The translations under genes and the position numbers were made by a program. The notes below the pieces were generated by a model that did not search any database, was not told the DNA's origin, and worked only from the letters and a program-made list of their open reading frames with translations. A stretch of DNA of 64,000 nt from Nitrospirota bacterium (GTDB lineage Bacteria; UBA2233). Within the stretch, counting starts at the first letter, position 1. Each line of letters begins with the position of its first letter. The stretch lies in contig WOZJ01000071.1 of NCBI GenBank assembly GCA_011620345.1, forward strand, positions 3,037 to 67,036. The letters are read 5' to 3'. Below, one piece after another: positions 8,717 to 19,660 of this stretch.

Positions 8717-10162
8717 ATGGGAAAACCGACGGGTTTCTTGGAGTATCCGCGCGAAACACCCCCGAAGCGGGCCGTTCAAGAGAGGGTCCAGGATTTCGGG
8801 GAGGTTGAACTGCCCTTTGAGAGGGCGCTTATCGTTCATCAGGCGGCTCGGTGCATGGAGTGCGGTACGCCCTTTTGTCATGATTACACGGGCTGTCCGT
8901 TGGGTAACCTCATTCCAGACTGGAACGATGCGATGTACAGAGGGAGGCTTGAGGATGCCCTGGAGCTATTGCATAAAACAAACAATTTCCCGGAGTTTAC
9001 GGGACGGGTGTGTCCTGCGCCGTGCGAGAGTGCCTGCGTCCTCGGGCTGATCGACGACCCCGTTGCAATTAAGGTAGTCGAGAAGGATATCATCGAGGAG
9101 GCATTCGCCAAGGGATTGGTCGAACCAGTTCCGCCAAGCCGTAGTACGGGAAATTGCATAGCCGTAGTCGGCTCTGGGCCATGCGGGCTTGCCGCCGCCC
9201 AAGAACTTCGCAGGCTGGGGCACGAGGTGACGGTATTCGAGCGCTCCGACAGGATCGGCGGGCTGCTTCGGTACGGCATTCCGGACTTTAAGCTTGACAA
9301 AGGCATTCTGGAAAGGCGCCTTCGGCTTATGCAAGAAGAAGGGGTCGACTTTCGGCCTGGTGTTCACGTAGGGGTTGACATTTCGTTCGAAAGCCTCAAG
9401 CAGGGTTTCGATTCCGTATTGCTTGCAATCGGTGCGCCAAAACCGCGAGACCTCTGCATCGAGGGAAGGGGGCTTCGGGGTGTTTGTTTTGCGATGGAAT
9501 ACCTTACACAGCAAAACAAGCTGCTTGCCGGGGATGCGATCCCCGAAGATGAGCGGATCGACGCCAAGGACAAGGTTGTCGCAATCATCGGGGGAGGCGA
9601 TACGGGGGCGGACTGTCTAGGTACGGCGATTCGTCAGGGCGCAAGGCATATCTATCAGCTTGAAATCCTGCCGGAACCCCCAACAAAGCGTGCCCCTTTT
9701 ACGCCGTGGCCCCACTGGCCTTACATGCTAAGGAAATCAGACGCCCACGAAGAGGGCGGCGAGCGGCTTTGGAACGTCCAAACAAAGAGGCTAGAGGGCA
9801 AGGATGGCCGTGTTCAAAGGCTTCATGCCTCCAGAGTCGAGTGGCTTCAGATCGCGGGCGCCAGACCCCTTATGCGTGAAATCTCGGGGGGGGATTTTCA
9901 CCTTGAAGTCGACCTTGTGATTCTCGCCATGGGGTTTTTGGGGCCGGACGACACGATTCCGGAGCAGGCTAAGCTCCTTAAAACGCCCAAAAACGCCATC
10001 GAGGCCGACGGCAACGGCATGACCTCTCAAGACGGGGTCTTCGTCGCTGGCGATGCTCATCGGGGGGCTTCGCTTGTGGTGTGGGCCATCTGGGAAGGGA
10101 GGCAGGCAGCCAAGGGTTTGAACCGCTACTTGAGGAGACAGGCAAAGGGGCTCAAGGTCTAA
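8717..10162 (+). CDS. gltD: Glutamate synthase small subunit
   Basis: MGKPTGF, RCMECGTPFCH, GRVCPAPCE, GGGDTGADC, SLVVWAI. Confidence 0.97.
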   Translation: MGKPTGFLEYPRETPPKRAVQERVQDFGEVELPFERALIVHQAARCMECGTPFCHDYTGCPLGNLIPDWNDAMYRGRLEDALELLHKTNNFPEFTGRVCPAPCESACVLGLIDDPVAIKVVEKDIIEEAFAKGLVEPVPPSRSTGNCIAVVGSGPCGLAAAQELRRLGHEVTVFERSDRIGGLLRYGIPDFKLDKGILERRLRLMQEEGVDFRPGVHVGVDISFESLKQGFDSVLLAIGAPKPRDLCIEGRGLRGVCFAMEYLTQQNKLLAGDAIPEDERIDAKDKVVAIIGGGDTGADCLGTAIRQGARHIYQLEILPEPPTKRAPFTPWPHWPYMLRKSDAHEEGGERLWNVQTKRLEGKDGRVQRLHASRVEWLQIAGARPLMREISGGDFHLEVDLVILAMGFLGPDDTIPEQAKLLKTPKNAIEADGNGMTSQDGVFVAGDAHRGASLVVWAIWEGRQAAKGLNRYLRRQAKGLKV

Positions 10163-10236
10163 ATATTCAGACGATCCTTCCGGGGTTGCCATGATGTCCA
10201 GAGTATGGCCTCTCAGGTAGAACACAGGGTGGACGC

Positions 10237-12108
10237 GTGGGAGGAAGGGGGTTTTTTGCATTATTTGTAATAACGGCACTCATTGTCCTTTTGGAAGGGT
10301 TTTTTTTGGGGGTGAACGCGGTTGAGGTGGCCGGGTTAGACCTTACAAGGCCATGGAATGTCGGGGCGATCGAGATCGAGGGGAACATTGCCTTTTCGGG
10401 AAAGACGCTCAAGAAGGTATTCCAGACAAAGTCAAAGAACAAATACCTGCCGTTCAAACATCCTCCAGCATTCGACCCGGTAGTGTTTCTTGCCGACCTC
10501 GAACAGCTAAAGCTTTTCTACGAGACCCACGGTTACTATGACGTCCATATCCGCTACGACTTGGCGCCGGAACCGGAAAAAAGACGGGTCAATCCTCTTA
10601 TTGTGCTGGAGGAAGGCTTGCCTGTACGCATCTCCAGGATCTCAATCGACATTGCCGGCCAAAAGCGGCAGGTGTCCCCCGGGCAAGCCAGGGTCCAGGC
10701 GGAAGAACTACGTCCCTTGCTCCAAATCCGCGAAGGGGAACCGTTTGACCAGCAAAAATACAGGGAGACAGAGGCTTCCCTTAGGCGATGGTTCCTAGAG
10801 AAGGGTCATGCCAGAGTTCGTATCGAGCGTAGGGCCGATGTCTATCTTCGTGACAAGTGCGCGATCGTTCAGTACTCGATAGTTCCAGGCCCCGTATGCT
10901 TCTTTGGGCATACGCGTATCCAAGGGCTTAAACGGGTCGAGGAGGAGGTCGTAAGAAAAGAGATAGTATACCACGAAGGAGAAAGGTTCGCCCTTTCGAA
11001 GCTTAGGCGTACCAGGCAAAGGCTCCTCGATCTTCGGTTGTTCCAGATGGTTCGGCTCGAGCCGGATTCAAAGCAAGCAATACCCGAAGAAGCGGTGGAC
11101 CTAGGGCTCAAGGTGATTGAGAGGCCGCCAAGGGATTTACGCTTAAGCCTTGGCTACTCGACGGAAGAAGGGATCAAGACACAGGTCGGTTGGGAGCATG
11201 TGAACTTTTTTGGCGGCGCCAGAAATGCTTCGCTTACCGCCGAATACTCCTCGCTTGTCAGAAAATTTAGTGGGAGGCTTCTTAACCCGCACTTCCCGTT
11301 CTTTCGTTCAAGGGCCATCCTAGAATTCAGCCAGTATGACGACGACGAAGATACGTACATGCTTTATGCAACCCGGATAGCCCCGAGGATTGAACACGAT
11401 TTTCCCTACCACCTTACTGGGGTCCTAGGCTACCGGGCGGAGTACGCAAGGCATACCGATGTCAACCCGCTTACGGAGGCGGCAATCGGCGGGCTAGATA
11501 GGAAAGGGATAATTTCCGGGCCATCCATAGGCATTCGCTTCGATACGACCGACGACCCGCTCGACCCGAAAAAGGGAGGCGTGATTGGGTTGTATCTCGA
11601 CTCTTCTCTTGGTCCGCTGGGAGGAGAGTATACCTACTACCGTATGCTCCTCGAAGGAAGGCACTACCAAGGTATCGGGTTCCGCACGACGCTCGCCACC
11701 AGGCTCAAGGTCGGGCTTGCAGACCCAATCGGCTCGATCGAGCACTACCCTTTGTTCGAGCGCTTCTACGCCGGAGGCCAGTCCAGCGTGCGCGGTTTTG
11801 AGCGCAGAAGACTCGGGCCAATCGGACAGGCCAACGACCCTCTAGGGGGGTTGAGCCTCGTGGAGGGGTCGGTGGAGCTAAGAAGGCCGATTTTCGACGG
11901 CATCTCGGGAGCCACATTCCTCGATTTTGGACAAATTTCGATGAAACGTTTTGACCCTCCGTTTAACGGGCTGAAGCTTGCTGCCGGTATCGGAATGAGC
12001 TACAAATCGCCCATCGGGCCTGTCAGGCTCGACCTTGGCATCCCGTTCGATGCCCCTGATGGCGACCGGGGCTGGCAGGTGTACTTCGGTATTGGCCACA
12101 TGTTTTAG
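10237..12108 (+). CDS. tamA: Omp85-family outer membrane protein (TamA-like, POTRA + beta-barrel)
   Basis: POTRA repeats, RFYAGGQSSVRGF, SPIGPVRLD, C-terminal Phe; adjacent to tamB. Confidence 0.85.
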   Translation: MGGRGFFALFVITALIVLLEGFFLGVNAVEVAGLDLTRPWNVGAIEIEGNIAFSGKTLKKVFQTKSKNKYLPFKHPPAFDPVVFLADLEQLKLFYETHGYYDVHIRYDLAPEPEKRRVNPLIVLEEGLPVRISRISIDIAGQKRQVSPGQARVQAEELRPLLQIREGEPFDQQKYRETEASLRRWFLEKGHARVRIERRADVYLRDKCAIVQYSIVPGPVCFFGHTRIQGLKRVEEEVVRKEIVYHEGERFALSKLRRTRQRLLDLRLFQMVRLEPDSKQAIPEEAVDLGLKVIERPPRDLRLSLGYSTEEGIKTQVGWEHVNFFGGARNASLTAEYSSLVRKFSGRLLNPHFPFFRSRAILEFSQYDDDEDTYMLYATRIAPRIEHDFPYHLTGVLGYRAEYARHTDVNPLTEAAIGGLDRKGIISGPSIGIRFDTTDDPLDPKKGGVIGLYLDSSLGPLGGEYTYYRMLLEGRHYQGIGFRTTLATRLKVGLADPIGSIEHYPLFERFYAGGQSSVRGFERRRLGPIGQANDPLGGLSLVEGSVELRRPIFDGISGATFLDFGQISMKRFDPPFNGLKLAAGIGMSYKSPIGPVRLDLGIPFDAPDGDRGWQVYFGIGHMF

Positions 12109-12110
12109 AT

Positions 12111-15100
12111 ATGATGCGGAAAACCTTTCTTATGCTTCGTTGGGTCGCCTTAGGCGCCTTCGCTCTTTGTCTCCTGGTTGCAGGGGCTGTCGCTTTCTTG
12201 CTGAAAACCGGCTATGGCAATGGGTTAGTTCTGCGGCTTGCCGAGGATGCGTTTAACCGGTCCTTCGAGGGCACGTTGCAAGTCGGAGGAATTGATGTGG
12301 TCGGTCTATCAAAACTCAAGGCCAGCAATGTCGTTCTCTCGCTTCAAGGCCGCAAAATTCTTTCCGTAAGGCGGCTTCAGGTTGACATCTCCCCTATGGC
12401 GTTGGCCGCCAAAAGAGTATGGATTCCCAAGCTCTCCCTTGAAGGGGTCCTGTTTGACCTTGCAAGAAATGAAAAGGGCCAGCCTGCGGTTGCAAGGGCG
12501 TTTCGTTCGCGCAACCCCAAGCCGAAAGGTCCACCGTCGGCATGGAAAGTGCGCATTGCAAGGTTTGAGGTGAGCGATGGGCGTTTTATAGACTCCGCGC
12601 TTTTCATGGACCAAGCCCGCATTATCGGGCATTTTGCGCTTTTCAGGGATACTGTACGCGTGGACGTGTCCGATCTTTCCTCCCGGCTCTTTTTTCAAAA
12701 GAAAGAGCACGCGATTCAAGCCGAGTTGGCCTATTCCTATAAAGAGCGCATCCACACGCTGGCCATACTTCCGTCCAGCGTTGGCTTCGGGCGCTCTTTT
12801 TTGCGTCTTCATGGAAACATCCGGCTGGCTCCAGCGTTCCATATGGAGCTTGGACTGGCCTTCGAGCCCGCGTTTCTTTCCGATTTTAGGCATCTTTTTG
12901 TCTTGCCAGGGGTTTCCCTAGCGCACCCAATCGAAGGAGGGCTTGGCTTTTTTGGCGACCTGCAAACATTTCAGGTGGCCTACGGGCTTGTTTCTAAGAC
13001 AAGCAGGGTCTTTGGCACGCTTAGGGGCGATCTCAAGGAGAAAGAGCCAGAGCTCCTGGCCGATATTAGAGAACTTTCCCTTAGCTCGGAAGAGGTTCGC
13101 CTCCCTAAGGACATTGCCTTTGCCCTGGCTGGCTCAGGATGGCTTAAAGTGCGGGGGCTCTCTGGCCTCCCTAAGGAAGGCCAGGCGGATGTTCATCTGA
13201 CGCGGGCCAGCATTCGAGGGGTCGAGGTTCAAGACATGCACGTTAGGCTGAATCATTCGGACGATACGCTCCGAATCGCTGCTTTGACAAAAGACTCGCG
13301 AGGAAAGGCCAGCCTGGAAGGAAATGTCAACCTTGCGGCTGAAAAGCCATTTTCTGCAAGCTTTTCATTCGACCAAATCAACCCGAGCGCTTGGAAGGCG
13401 GGTCTTCCATCCGGCCGGTTGTTCGGGAAGGGAAACCTAAAAGGCGAGCTTGCCAAGGCCCATGGCCCACGGCTTACCTTTGATTTCGACATCCTTCCAC
13501 AATCTCACATTGAGAGCATGGCGGGAGTCAAGGCGCGTGCCAAGGGCTCATGGGTACCGGACAGGTTACGGTTGGAGTTTGCGAGCGTAATGATCGGCCC
13601 AAACGTGTTCTCGCTCAAAGGAGCCTTAGAGCCGAAAAGCTTGAGCTATGCAGACCTTGCTTTTGAGCTTGACGCCAAGGACTTGAGCGCGCTTTCTAGC
13701 CCTCTTGGCATGTCTATTCAAGGTGCCATGTACTCCAAGGGGACGTTGAAAAAGGAAAAAAAGCGATGGCTCTCGAAAGGGAAGCTTTCTGGCGAAGCCC
13801 TGAGAGTTCGTACCTACGAGATCGGAAGGCTGGATGGGTCATGGGATGGGTTGTTTCAGGAAGGCCAGCCAAAGGGCCGGTTTAGCGCGAGCATCGAAGA
13901 GATGCGGGCAGGAATAGGGTTTCGTACCGTGCGAGTTCTAGTTACGGGCGCGCATACGCTGAATGTATCGTTGGACGCCACGGATACGCGCTTTGGGGGA
14001 ACGTACGGCCTAAAGACAAGGATCACACCCGGGAAGGAGGCCTGGCGTGTAATGCTCGATTCTTTCCAGATCAAGACCCCCAAGGCAAACTGGAGGCTCG
14101 CAAGGCCGACCGAACTGACGGTCTTCTCCGTTGGGGGCTTTTCGGTAGGAAGGCTCGAGCTGACCGACGGAGGGCAGGCTCTATTTCTTGAAGGGGCCGC
14201 TGGTAAGGAAAAGATCAATTTGCGCCTCATGCTGTCCGGTGTCCAACTGGACCCGCTATTTAGCCTCTTGAACCCATCTTTTCAAGGCTTGGCGGCCGAG
14301 GTGAACGGAGGGGTCGAACTCTTGGGCAGCCGGCATGCGCCCGTTATTAGGGCAAAGGCGGCGTTTAAGGACGTTCGGTTGGGTAAGCGGACCTACGGAA
14401 CGCTCAACGTTGGTATGGCTTACGAGAACAACCTTGCAACCCTTAATGCCTCTTGGCCGTCCCAGAAAACGCGCGTGATGGTCTGGCAGCCCGTGGGAGT
14501 CTCGCTCGCCCAAGGGGTTCAGGTACGCCTCCAAAAGGGCCGGCGTTTGGAGGCTCGCTCGGACGGACTCGCGCTTGGTCTTCTCGAACCCTTTGTCGGG
14601 AGTATGCTAAGCTCCATCGCGGGGGTTGCCCAATTTCAGGTGGTTGTCGTTGGGGGAGGTACGGACGAGAAGTCTATAAACGGGTCGTTTGCTGTCCAGG
14701 ATGGTTATGTTCGGATGGAAAAGCTTGGGACCGAGGCTATTTTTGAGGCATTTCAAGTCCATTTTTTGGGAACGCGCGCGCGCGTATCCATCAAGGCCCA
14801 CGATGCCGACGGCGGGCGGATCGCTATAAGCGGCACATTCGGCCTTCAAGGGTTGCAGGCGGAAGGCCTGGATCTGCGTCTATCGGCCAGAACGTTTTCT
14901 CTTGCCAGGGTGCCAAACTACCAGATTAAAGCGGATGCAAGCCTTGCGCTTCAAGGAGCCTTGCGGTCTCCATCGCTTTCCGGTGAGGTTGTCTTTCGAA
15001 AGAGCCTGCTCAACCCGAATCTTGGCCTCCTCTCAAAAAAGGGTATCGCAAAGGACACGACGGTCTATGTCCACGGAAAGGAAGAAAACACCGCGCAAAA

Positions 15101-15875
15101 GACAAAGCGTAGCCGTACAAATTGGTCCAACCCTCTTCGTTCCCTACGTATGGACGTGCGCCTTCGAATTACCGAAGATGTCTTGGTTCGGAGGACGGAC
15201 GTAACGGCCAATCTTAGAGGAAACGTCCAAGTGCGCAAAGAACCAGAAGGCCCCGTAACGCTCGAAGGCAGTATCGAGGTTGCGAGGGGCTGGCTGAACG
15301 TCTACTCAAAGAGGTTTACCATCGAACGCGCCAAGGCTACCTTTACGGAGGCTACGGGCCTGAACCCTCTTTTGGACATAATCAGCGTGTACACGACGAG
15401 CGAGTACACGGTTTACGTCGTTGTTCGAGGTGAGGCCAAAATGCCTCAGGTCGAATTCAAAAGCGTGCCTGAGCTTGACAAAGCAGACATCCTTTCTGTC
15501 CTGCTGTTCGGCAAGCCTCAAAGTGGCCTCGGGTCTACTGAGCAGGCTTCTTTTCAGTCTCAAGCGGCCTCGGCCTCGGGCGGAATGATTGCCAGCACGT
15601 TGCTCTCGGAGCTTCGTGAGGAGCTCGGAGTGAGCGGTTTGGGGTTTCAAATAGAAGAGTTCAGCGTGACGGACAATAACAGAGATAGCGGCAGGATAGG
15701 GCTTGGCCGCTACATCGGACCGAAAACCTACGTCCGATTCTATCATAGCCTGAACCCTCAAGAGGGTGAGGAGGTGGCTGTAGATTATCACCTGACGCCA
15801 AAATTGGGCATAAGCGCCCACACGACCTCTCAAGGGACGAACGGCGTAGATGTCTTTTTGCATACCCAGTATTGA
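12111..15875 (+). CDS. tamB: Translocation/assembly module TamB-like protein
   Basis: N-terminal signal-anchor, long beta-rich body, C-terminal DUF490-like region (NPLLDI...SVPEL...ILSVLLFGK...LGRYI). Confidence 0.85.
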   Translation: MMRKTFLMLRWVALGAFALCLLVAGAVAFLLKTGYGNGLVLRLAEDAFNRSFEGTLQVGGIDVVGLSKLKASNVVLSLQGRKILSVRRLQVDISPMALAAKRVWIPKLSLEGVLFDLARNEKGQPAVARAFRSRNPKPKGPPSAWKVRIARFEVSDGRFIDSALFMDQARIIGHFALFRDTVRVDVSDLSSRLFFQKKEHAIQAELAYSYKERIHTLAILPSSVGFGRSFLRLHGNIRLAPAFHMELGLAFEPAFLSDFRHLFVLPGVSLAHPIEGGLGFFGDLQTFQVAYGLVSKTSRVFGTLRGDLKEKEPELLADIRELSLSSEEVRLPKDIAFALAGSGWLKVRGLSGLPKEGQADVHLTRASIRGVEVQDMHVRLNHSDDTLRIAALTKDSRGKASLEGNVNLAAEKPFSASFSFDQINPSAWKAGLPSGRLFGKGNLKGELAKAHGPRLTFDFDILPQSHIESMAGVKARAKGSWVPDRLRLEFASVMIGPNVFSLKGALEPKSLSYADLAFELDAKDLSALSSPLGMSIQGAMYSKGTLKKEKKRWLSKGKLSGEALRVRTYEIGRLDGSWDGLFQEGQPKGRFSASIEEMRAGIGFRTVRVLVTGAHTLNVSLDATDTRFGGTYGLKTRITPGKEAWRVMLDSFQIKTPKANWRLARPTELTVFSVGGFSVGRLELTDGGQALFLEGAAGKEKINLRLMLSGVQLDPLFSLLNPSFQGLAAEVNGGVELLGSRHAPVIRAKAAFKDVRLGKRTYGTLNVGMAYENNLATLNASWPSQKTRVMVWQPVGVSLAQGVQVRLQKGRRLEARSDGLALGLLEPFVGSMLSSIAGVAQFQVVVVGGGTDEKSINGSFAVQDGYVRMEKLGTEAIFEAFQVHFLGTRARVSIKAHDADGGRIAISGTFGLQGLQAEGLDLRLSARTFSLARVPNYQIKADASLALQGALRSPSLSGEVVFRKSLLNPNLGLLSKKGIAKDTTVYVHGKEENTAQKTKRSRTNWSNPLRSLRMDVRLRITEDVLVRRTDVTANLRGNVQVRKEPEGPVTLEGSIEVARGWLNVYSKRFTIERAKATFTEATGLNPLLDIISVYTTSEYTVYVVVRGEAKMPQVEFKSVPELDKADILSVLLFGKPQSGLGSTEQASFQSQAASASGGMIASTLLSELREELGVSGLGFQIEEFSVTDNNRDSGRIGLGRYIGPKTYVRFYHSLNPQEGEEVAVDYHLTPKLGISAHTTSQGTNGVDVFLHTQY

Positions 15876-17278
15876 ATTCAGGGGGACATACCGTGCCACA
15901 TTGGCTACGTTTTTCATCCTACGATAAAACGCTCATCCAAATTGCCCTCGGTGCGCTCGGCCTTTTCTTGGTCGCGAGTATCGCCTACTTTTTCATCCGA
16001 CTTGTGCTCAAAAGGCTCGTCAAAAAAATACCCGGCTTGGTGGATGACCGTATTTTGGCCCTTTCGGACCGCTTTCTATTGCCATTGGTCGTGCTTTTGC
16101 TGACCTACGGGTCTTTTGTGTTGCTTCCCTTTACAAATGCATACTATAAAATAGCCTCTCAAGCGCTCTTTGTCGTTATTGTCTTTTTTGGTGCATGGTT
16201 TCTTTTCCAGGTCTACGGGTTTCTTCTTGGACGTGTCGTACAAAAAAGAGCCTGGCTTGAGCCTGTGTGGGGAAGCCTTCAGTTTTTTGGGGACGTCATG
16301 ATCGGCATATCCGCTGCCTGGCTCATTATCACCAAAACCGTTCCTGAACGGGGGAGGTTTGGAAGGGCGCTTCATCATTTGATCGAACTGCTTTTAATGA
16401 GAGGGGGCCGCGTTCTCCTCGTCCTGGCGCTTCTGTTTGTCGCCGTACAGTTTCTTAGGATGGCGTGCAATCGGATGCACGTCCTCTTGGAAGGGTTCGC
16501 CCCTACGATCGAGCGTCAGAAGCGTGCCCAAACGCTAAGTAACATAGTTTATGCCGTCGGGTTCGCGCTGGTGTTGGTCATCGGCATTCTTCTGGTTTTG
16601 CGCGAGCTGGGGCTCGACATAGCCCCATTCCTGGCTACTGCGGGGATCGGCGGCCTGGCCGTTGGCTTTGGCGCGCAAAGCCTCGTAAAAGACGTCATCA
16701 GCGGGTTCTTTTTTTTGCTTGAGGACCAAGTTCGCGTGGGTGACGTCGTGAATATCGCGGGTAAGGGCGGCTACGTGGAGTCCGTGGGCCTTAGGATCAT
16801 AAAGTTACGCGATTTCGACGGGAGCCTCCATATTGTTCCGAACGGCTCTATTTCTACCGTAACGAACATGACGAAAGACTTTTCCTACTATCTGATGGCT
16901 GTACCCGTTGCCTACAAGGAAGACGTGGATGAAGTGATGGAAGTCTTAAGGGCGGTGGGTAAAGAGCTTCGGCAAGATTCGGCCTTTGCAATGGACATTC
17001 TAGACGACCTGGAGGTTGTCGGTGTGGACAAATTCGGGGATTCCGCCGTGGAAATCCTTGTTCGCATCAAAACAATCCCTATCCGTCAGTGGGTCGTTGG
17101 AAGGGAGCTTAGGAGGCGCATCAAGAAAGCCTTCGACGCGCGCAATATCGAAATACCCTTCCCCCATATGACGCTCTATATCGGCGAGCCCAAGGATAGA
17201 TCTCCGCAGCCTTTGTATGTTCATTGCGTCAACGAAAGGAATGGGGGGAGCGCTTCCGAAAAAGAGGCTTCAGACTAA
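15872..17278 (+). CDS. Small-conductance mechanosensitive channel (MscS family, extra N-terminal TM helices)
   Basis: GLAVGFGAQSLVKDVISG, EDQVRVGD, IEIPFP. Confidence 0.92.
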   Translation: MNSGGHTVPHWLRFSSYDKTLIQIALGALGLFLVASIAYFFIRLVLKRLVKKIPGLVDDRILALSDRFLLPLVVLLLTYGSFVLLPFTNAYYKIASQALFVVIVFFGAWFLFQVYGFLLGRVVQKRAWLEPVWGSLQFFGDVMIGISAAWLIITKTVPERGRFGRALHHLIELLLMRGGRVLLVLALLFVAVQFLRMACNRMHVLLEGFAPTIERQKRAQTLSNIVYAVGFALVLVIGILLVLRELGLDIAPFLATAGIGGLAVGFGAQSLVKDVISGFFFLLEDQVRVGDVVNIAGKGGYVESVGLRIIKLRDFDGSLHIVPNGSISTVTNMTKDFSYYLMAVPVAYKEDVDEVMEVLRAVGKELRQDSAFAMDILDDLEVVGVDKFGDSAVEILVRIKTIPIRQWVVGRELRRRIKKAFDARNIEIPFPHMTLYIGEPKDRSPQPLYVHCVNERNGGSASEKEASD

Positions 17279-18821
17279 CGAGTACGTAGGCCGCGATCAG
17301 CAAAACCCAGCCCTCTCCAAAACGGGCATAGAGTGTTATCCCGCTTTTCCCGACAGGGATGGACACCTCCGACGTCCAGGCTTTGAACAGCCCGGAGGCG
17401 TGTCGAATCTCTCCAGACGGCAGGATAAGCGCAGAGATCCCGGTATTCGTCACCCGAACGAGCGGCAGACGAAGGCTTGTAGCCAAATAGGAGGCGATCC
17501 GAAGGTGCTGGTAGGGGGCGGATGTTTTGCCGAACCACGCATCGTTACTTAAGTTGAACAGCACATTGGCCCCTTGACTAACCATTTTTCTGGCGATTTC
17601 CGGGAAAATGGCCTCGTAGCACACGAGCGTCCCGATCGTGTGCCTGCCGGCCCTTAAGGGATGAACCGTGCGACCAGGGGTAAAGTTGCCGACCTCGCCT
17701 ACGAGCCTGCCGATGATGGGCACAGGGGCGTACTCGCCAAACGGGACGAGGTGCACCTTGTCGTAGAAATCCATGAGCCTTCCAGTCCGATCCAGAGCGA
17801 TTACCCGGTTTCGGTAGCGCCACTCGCCCGAAGGCTCGTCCAAGGCGGCGTCAATCGTACCCGTGATAAGCGGCGAAGGAAGGGGGAAGAGGCGTTCCAA
17901 AAAGTACCGGCGCGCAACGAAATCCGGCGTGAAGAAGAAAGACAGGGCCGTCTCTGGCCATACCACCAAATCTGGCGGTTCATGCGTCTTTTGTAGCGCG
18001 GCATGCGTAAGGTTTACGTAGGTGTCGATGACAGAGAATTTTTTAGACTCGTCAAACTTGGAATCTTGGGGGATGTTGCCTTGCACTAGCAGCGCCCGGA
18101 GCGTTGTCTTGGGGGCCGCCTCCTTGGCGAAAGAGAGCTTTTTGACGATCCCGAAACCGAAAGCGAGCGCCAGGCAGGCGATGCCCGTCCAAACCGCCTT
18201 CAATACTCGTGCGGACCTTTTACTCTCATGGAAAGCCCGCCATGCAGTGGCGCCTAGCAGCGCCAATAAAAAGCTTCCCAGCAATGGCCCTCCAAGCTCG
18301 CTGACCTGCGCAAGCGTGGAGGCTGGGTCTAGGGCGTGGCCTAACAGGAGCCAGGGAAAACCTCCAAGGAACCTCGATCGGACGAGTTCGAGCACAACCC
18401 ATACGCTTGCAAGCCAAAAGGCAGAAGGGGTTTTTTTGAACCGTAGGGCGTACAGGTGGGCAAAGAGCGAAAAAAGGCCGAAAAACGCTCCTAGGTAGGC
18501 ATAGAGCGGGATGACGATCATGGCGCTTAACCACCAGCCAAATTGCCCGTATACGCTTACGGTGTACACCAGCCAGTGCATAAGCAGCACCTCTGAAACC
18601 ACGCCGAGGCTCAATCCCCAGAGGAAAGCACGCTTTGGGGTCGGTGCCAACCTCGAGATCTCCAGCAGGCAAAAAACTCCAAGGAGCGCCGATGCAGAAA
18701 GCCCGTACGGAGGAAAGGCCAACCAAAACGCGACGCATCCCGAAGCGAACGGAAGCCAAGGCAGCGCTATTTTTTGACTGTCCTCAGAAGCAAGGATGGG
18801 CTTGAGCATGCCTTCCATCAA
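17229..18821 (-). CDS. lnt: Apolipoprotein N-acyltransferase
   Basis: GGFPW, QGNIPQ, WPET, YDKVHLVPFGEY, VCYEAIF (E-K-C triad), NDAWFG. Confidence 0.96.
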   Translation of the reverse strand: MMEGMLKPILASEDSQKIALPWLPFASGCVAFWLAFPPYGLSASALLGVFCLLEISRLAPTPKRAFLWGLSLGVVSEVLLMHWLVYTVSVYGQFGWWLSAMIVIPLYAYLGAFFGLFSLFAHLYALRFKKTPSAFWLASVWVVLELVRSRFLGGFPWLLLGHALDPASTLAQVSELGGPLLGSFLLALLGATAWRAFHESKRSARVLKAVWTGIACLALAFGFGIVKKLSFAKEAAPKTTLRALLVQGNIPQDSKFDESKKFSVIDTYVNLTHAALQKTHEPPDLVVWPETALSFFFTPDFVARRYFLERLFPLPSPLITGTIDAALDEPSGEWRYRNRVIALDRTGRLMDFYDKVHLVPFGEYAPVPIIGRLVGEVGNFTPGRTVHPLRAGRHTIGTLVCYEAIFPEIARKMVSQGANVLFNLSNDAWFGKTSAPYQHLRIASYLATSLRLPLVRVTNTGISALILPSGEIRHASGLFKAWTSEVSIPVGKSGITLYARFGEGWVLLIAAYVLVSLKPLFRKRSPHSFR

Positions 18822-19660
18822 GAACTCTGGGTAGGGGATACAGGTTCAATCCGGACCTTTACCGCCTTTCTTGGGTCAGCCTCGAGAACCAGAAAGCGGT
18901 ATCCGGAGAGCTCGATCTTTTCCCCAGGCTTCGGGATTCTTCCTAGGTTGTGCACCAAAAGACCGTTAAGCGTTTCGACATCCTGAGGTTTTTCAAGGAC
19001 TACCCCCGTCTCTTCCATCAGCTCTTCAAGCGAGATCCTTGCCAGCACTTCGAACCCTCCCTTAGGGAGGCTGACATAGTCTTTCTCTTCTTCCTCCTCT
19101 TGGGAAATAAGGAGGTCTCCAAAGAGCTCTTCCATGAGGTCGTGCACGGTTACGATCCCCACGGTAGAGCCAAACTCGTCCACCACGACGGCCAGCGTTG
19201 TCCTTTTTTCCTGGAAGGATTTCAGAAGCCCAAAAATGCGCTTTACCTCTGGGACGAGCAGGACAGGCCTTGCGATGCTTTCTACCGGCTCGTCCTGAGG
19301 AATGTTTAGGCCGTAGCGCTTTAGAATATCCTTTAGAAAGGCAACGCCCGCAATCTCGTCGAGCGTTTCACGATACACGGGCAGCTTCGAGTACCCGCTG
19401 TCGATGCTCCGATCGATAAACTCAACAAGCGAAGCGTGCCTTGGAACGGCGACAATCCTGTCCCTTGGGACCATGATTTCCCGAACCTCCCTCTGCTCGA
19501 ACTCTCCTAGACGAATCGCCACCTCGCGGATTTCGCCATGGTCCAGCAGTGCGAGGATTCTTGGGTCGATGTCTCCTTCTTGGCCTACGTCAAACCCGTT
19601 GCTTGCCTCGTGGCTTGGTTTTTGTCCCTTAAGACGCAAAAGACTGCTTACGATACGCAT
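18818..19660 (-). CDS. corC: CBS-domain CorC/HlyC family protein
   Basis: VREIMVPR, VVDEFG, C-terminal CorC_HlyC domain; conserved position between ybeY and lnt. Confidence 0.85.
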   Translation of the reverse strand: MRIVSSLLRLKGQKPSHEASNGFDVGQEGDIDPRILALLDHGEIREVAIRLGEFEQREVREIMVPRDRIVAVPRHASLVEFIDRSIDSGYSKLPVYRETLDEIAGVAFLKDILKRYGLNIPQDEPVESIARPVLLVPEVKRIFGLLKSFQEKRTTLAVVVDEFGSTVGIVTVHDLMEELFGDLLISQEEEEEKDYVSLPKGGFEVLARISLEELMEETGVVLEKPQDVETLNGLLVHNLGRIPKPGEKIELSGYRFLVLEADPRKAVKVRIEPVSPTQSS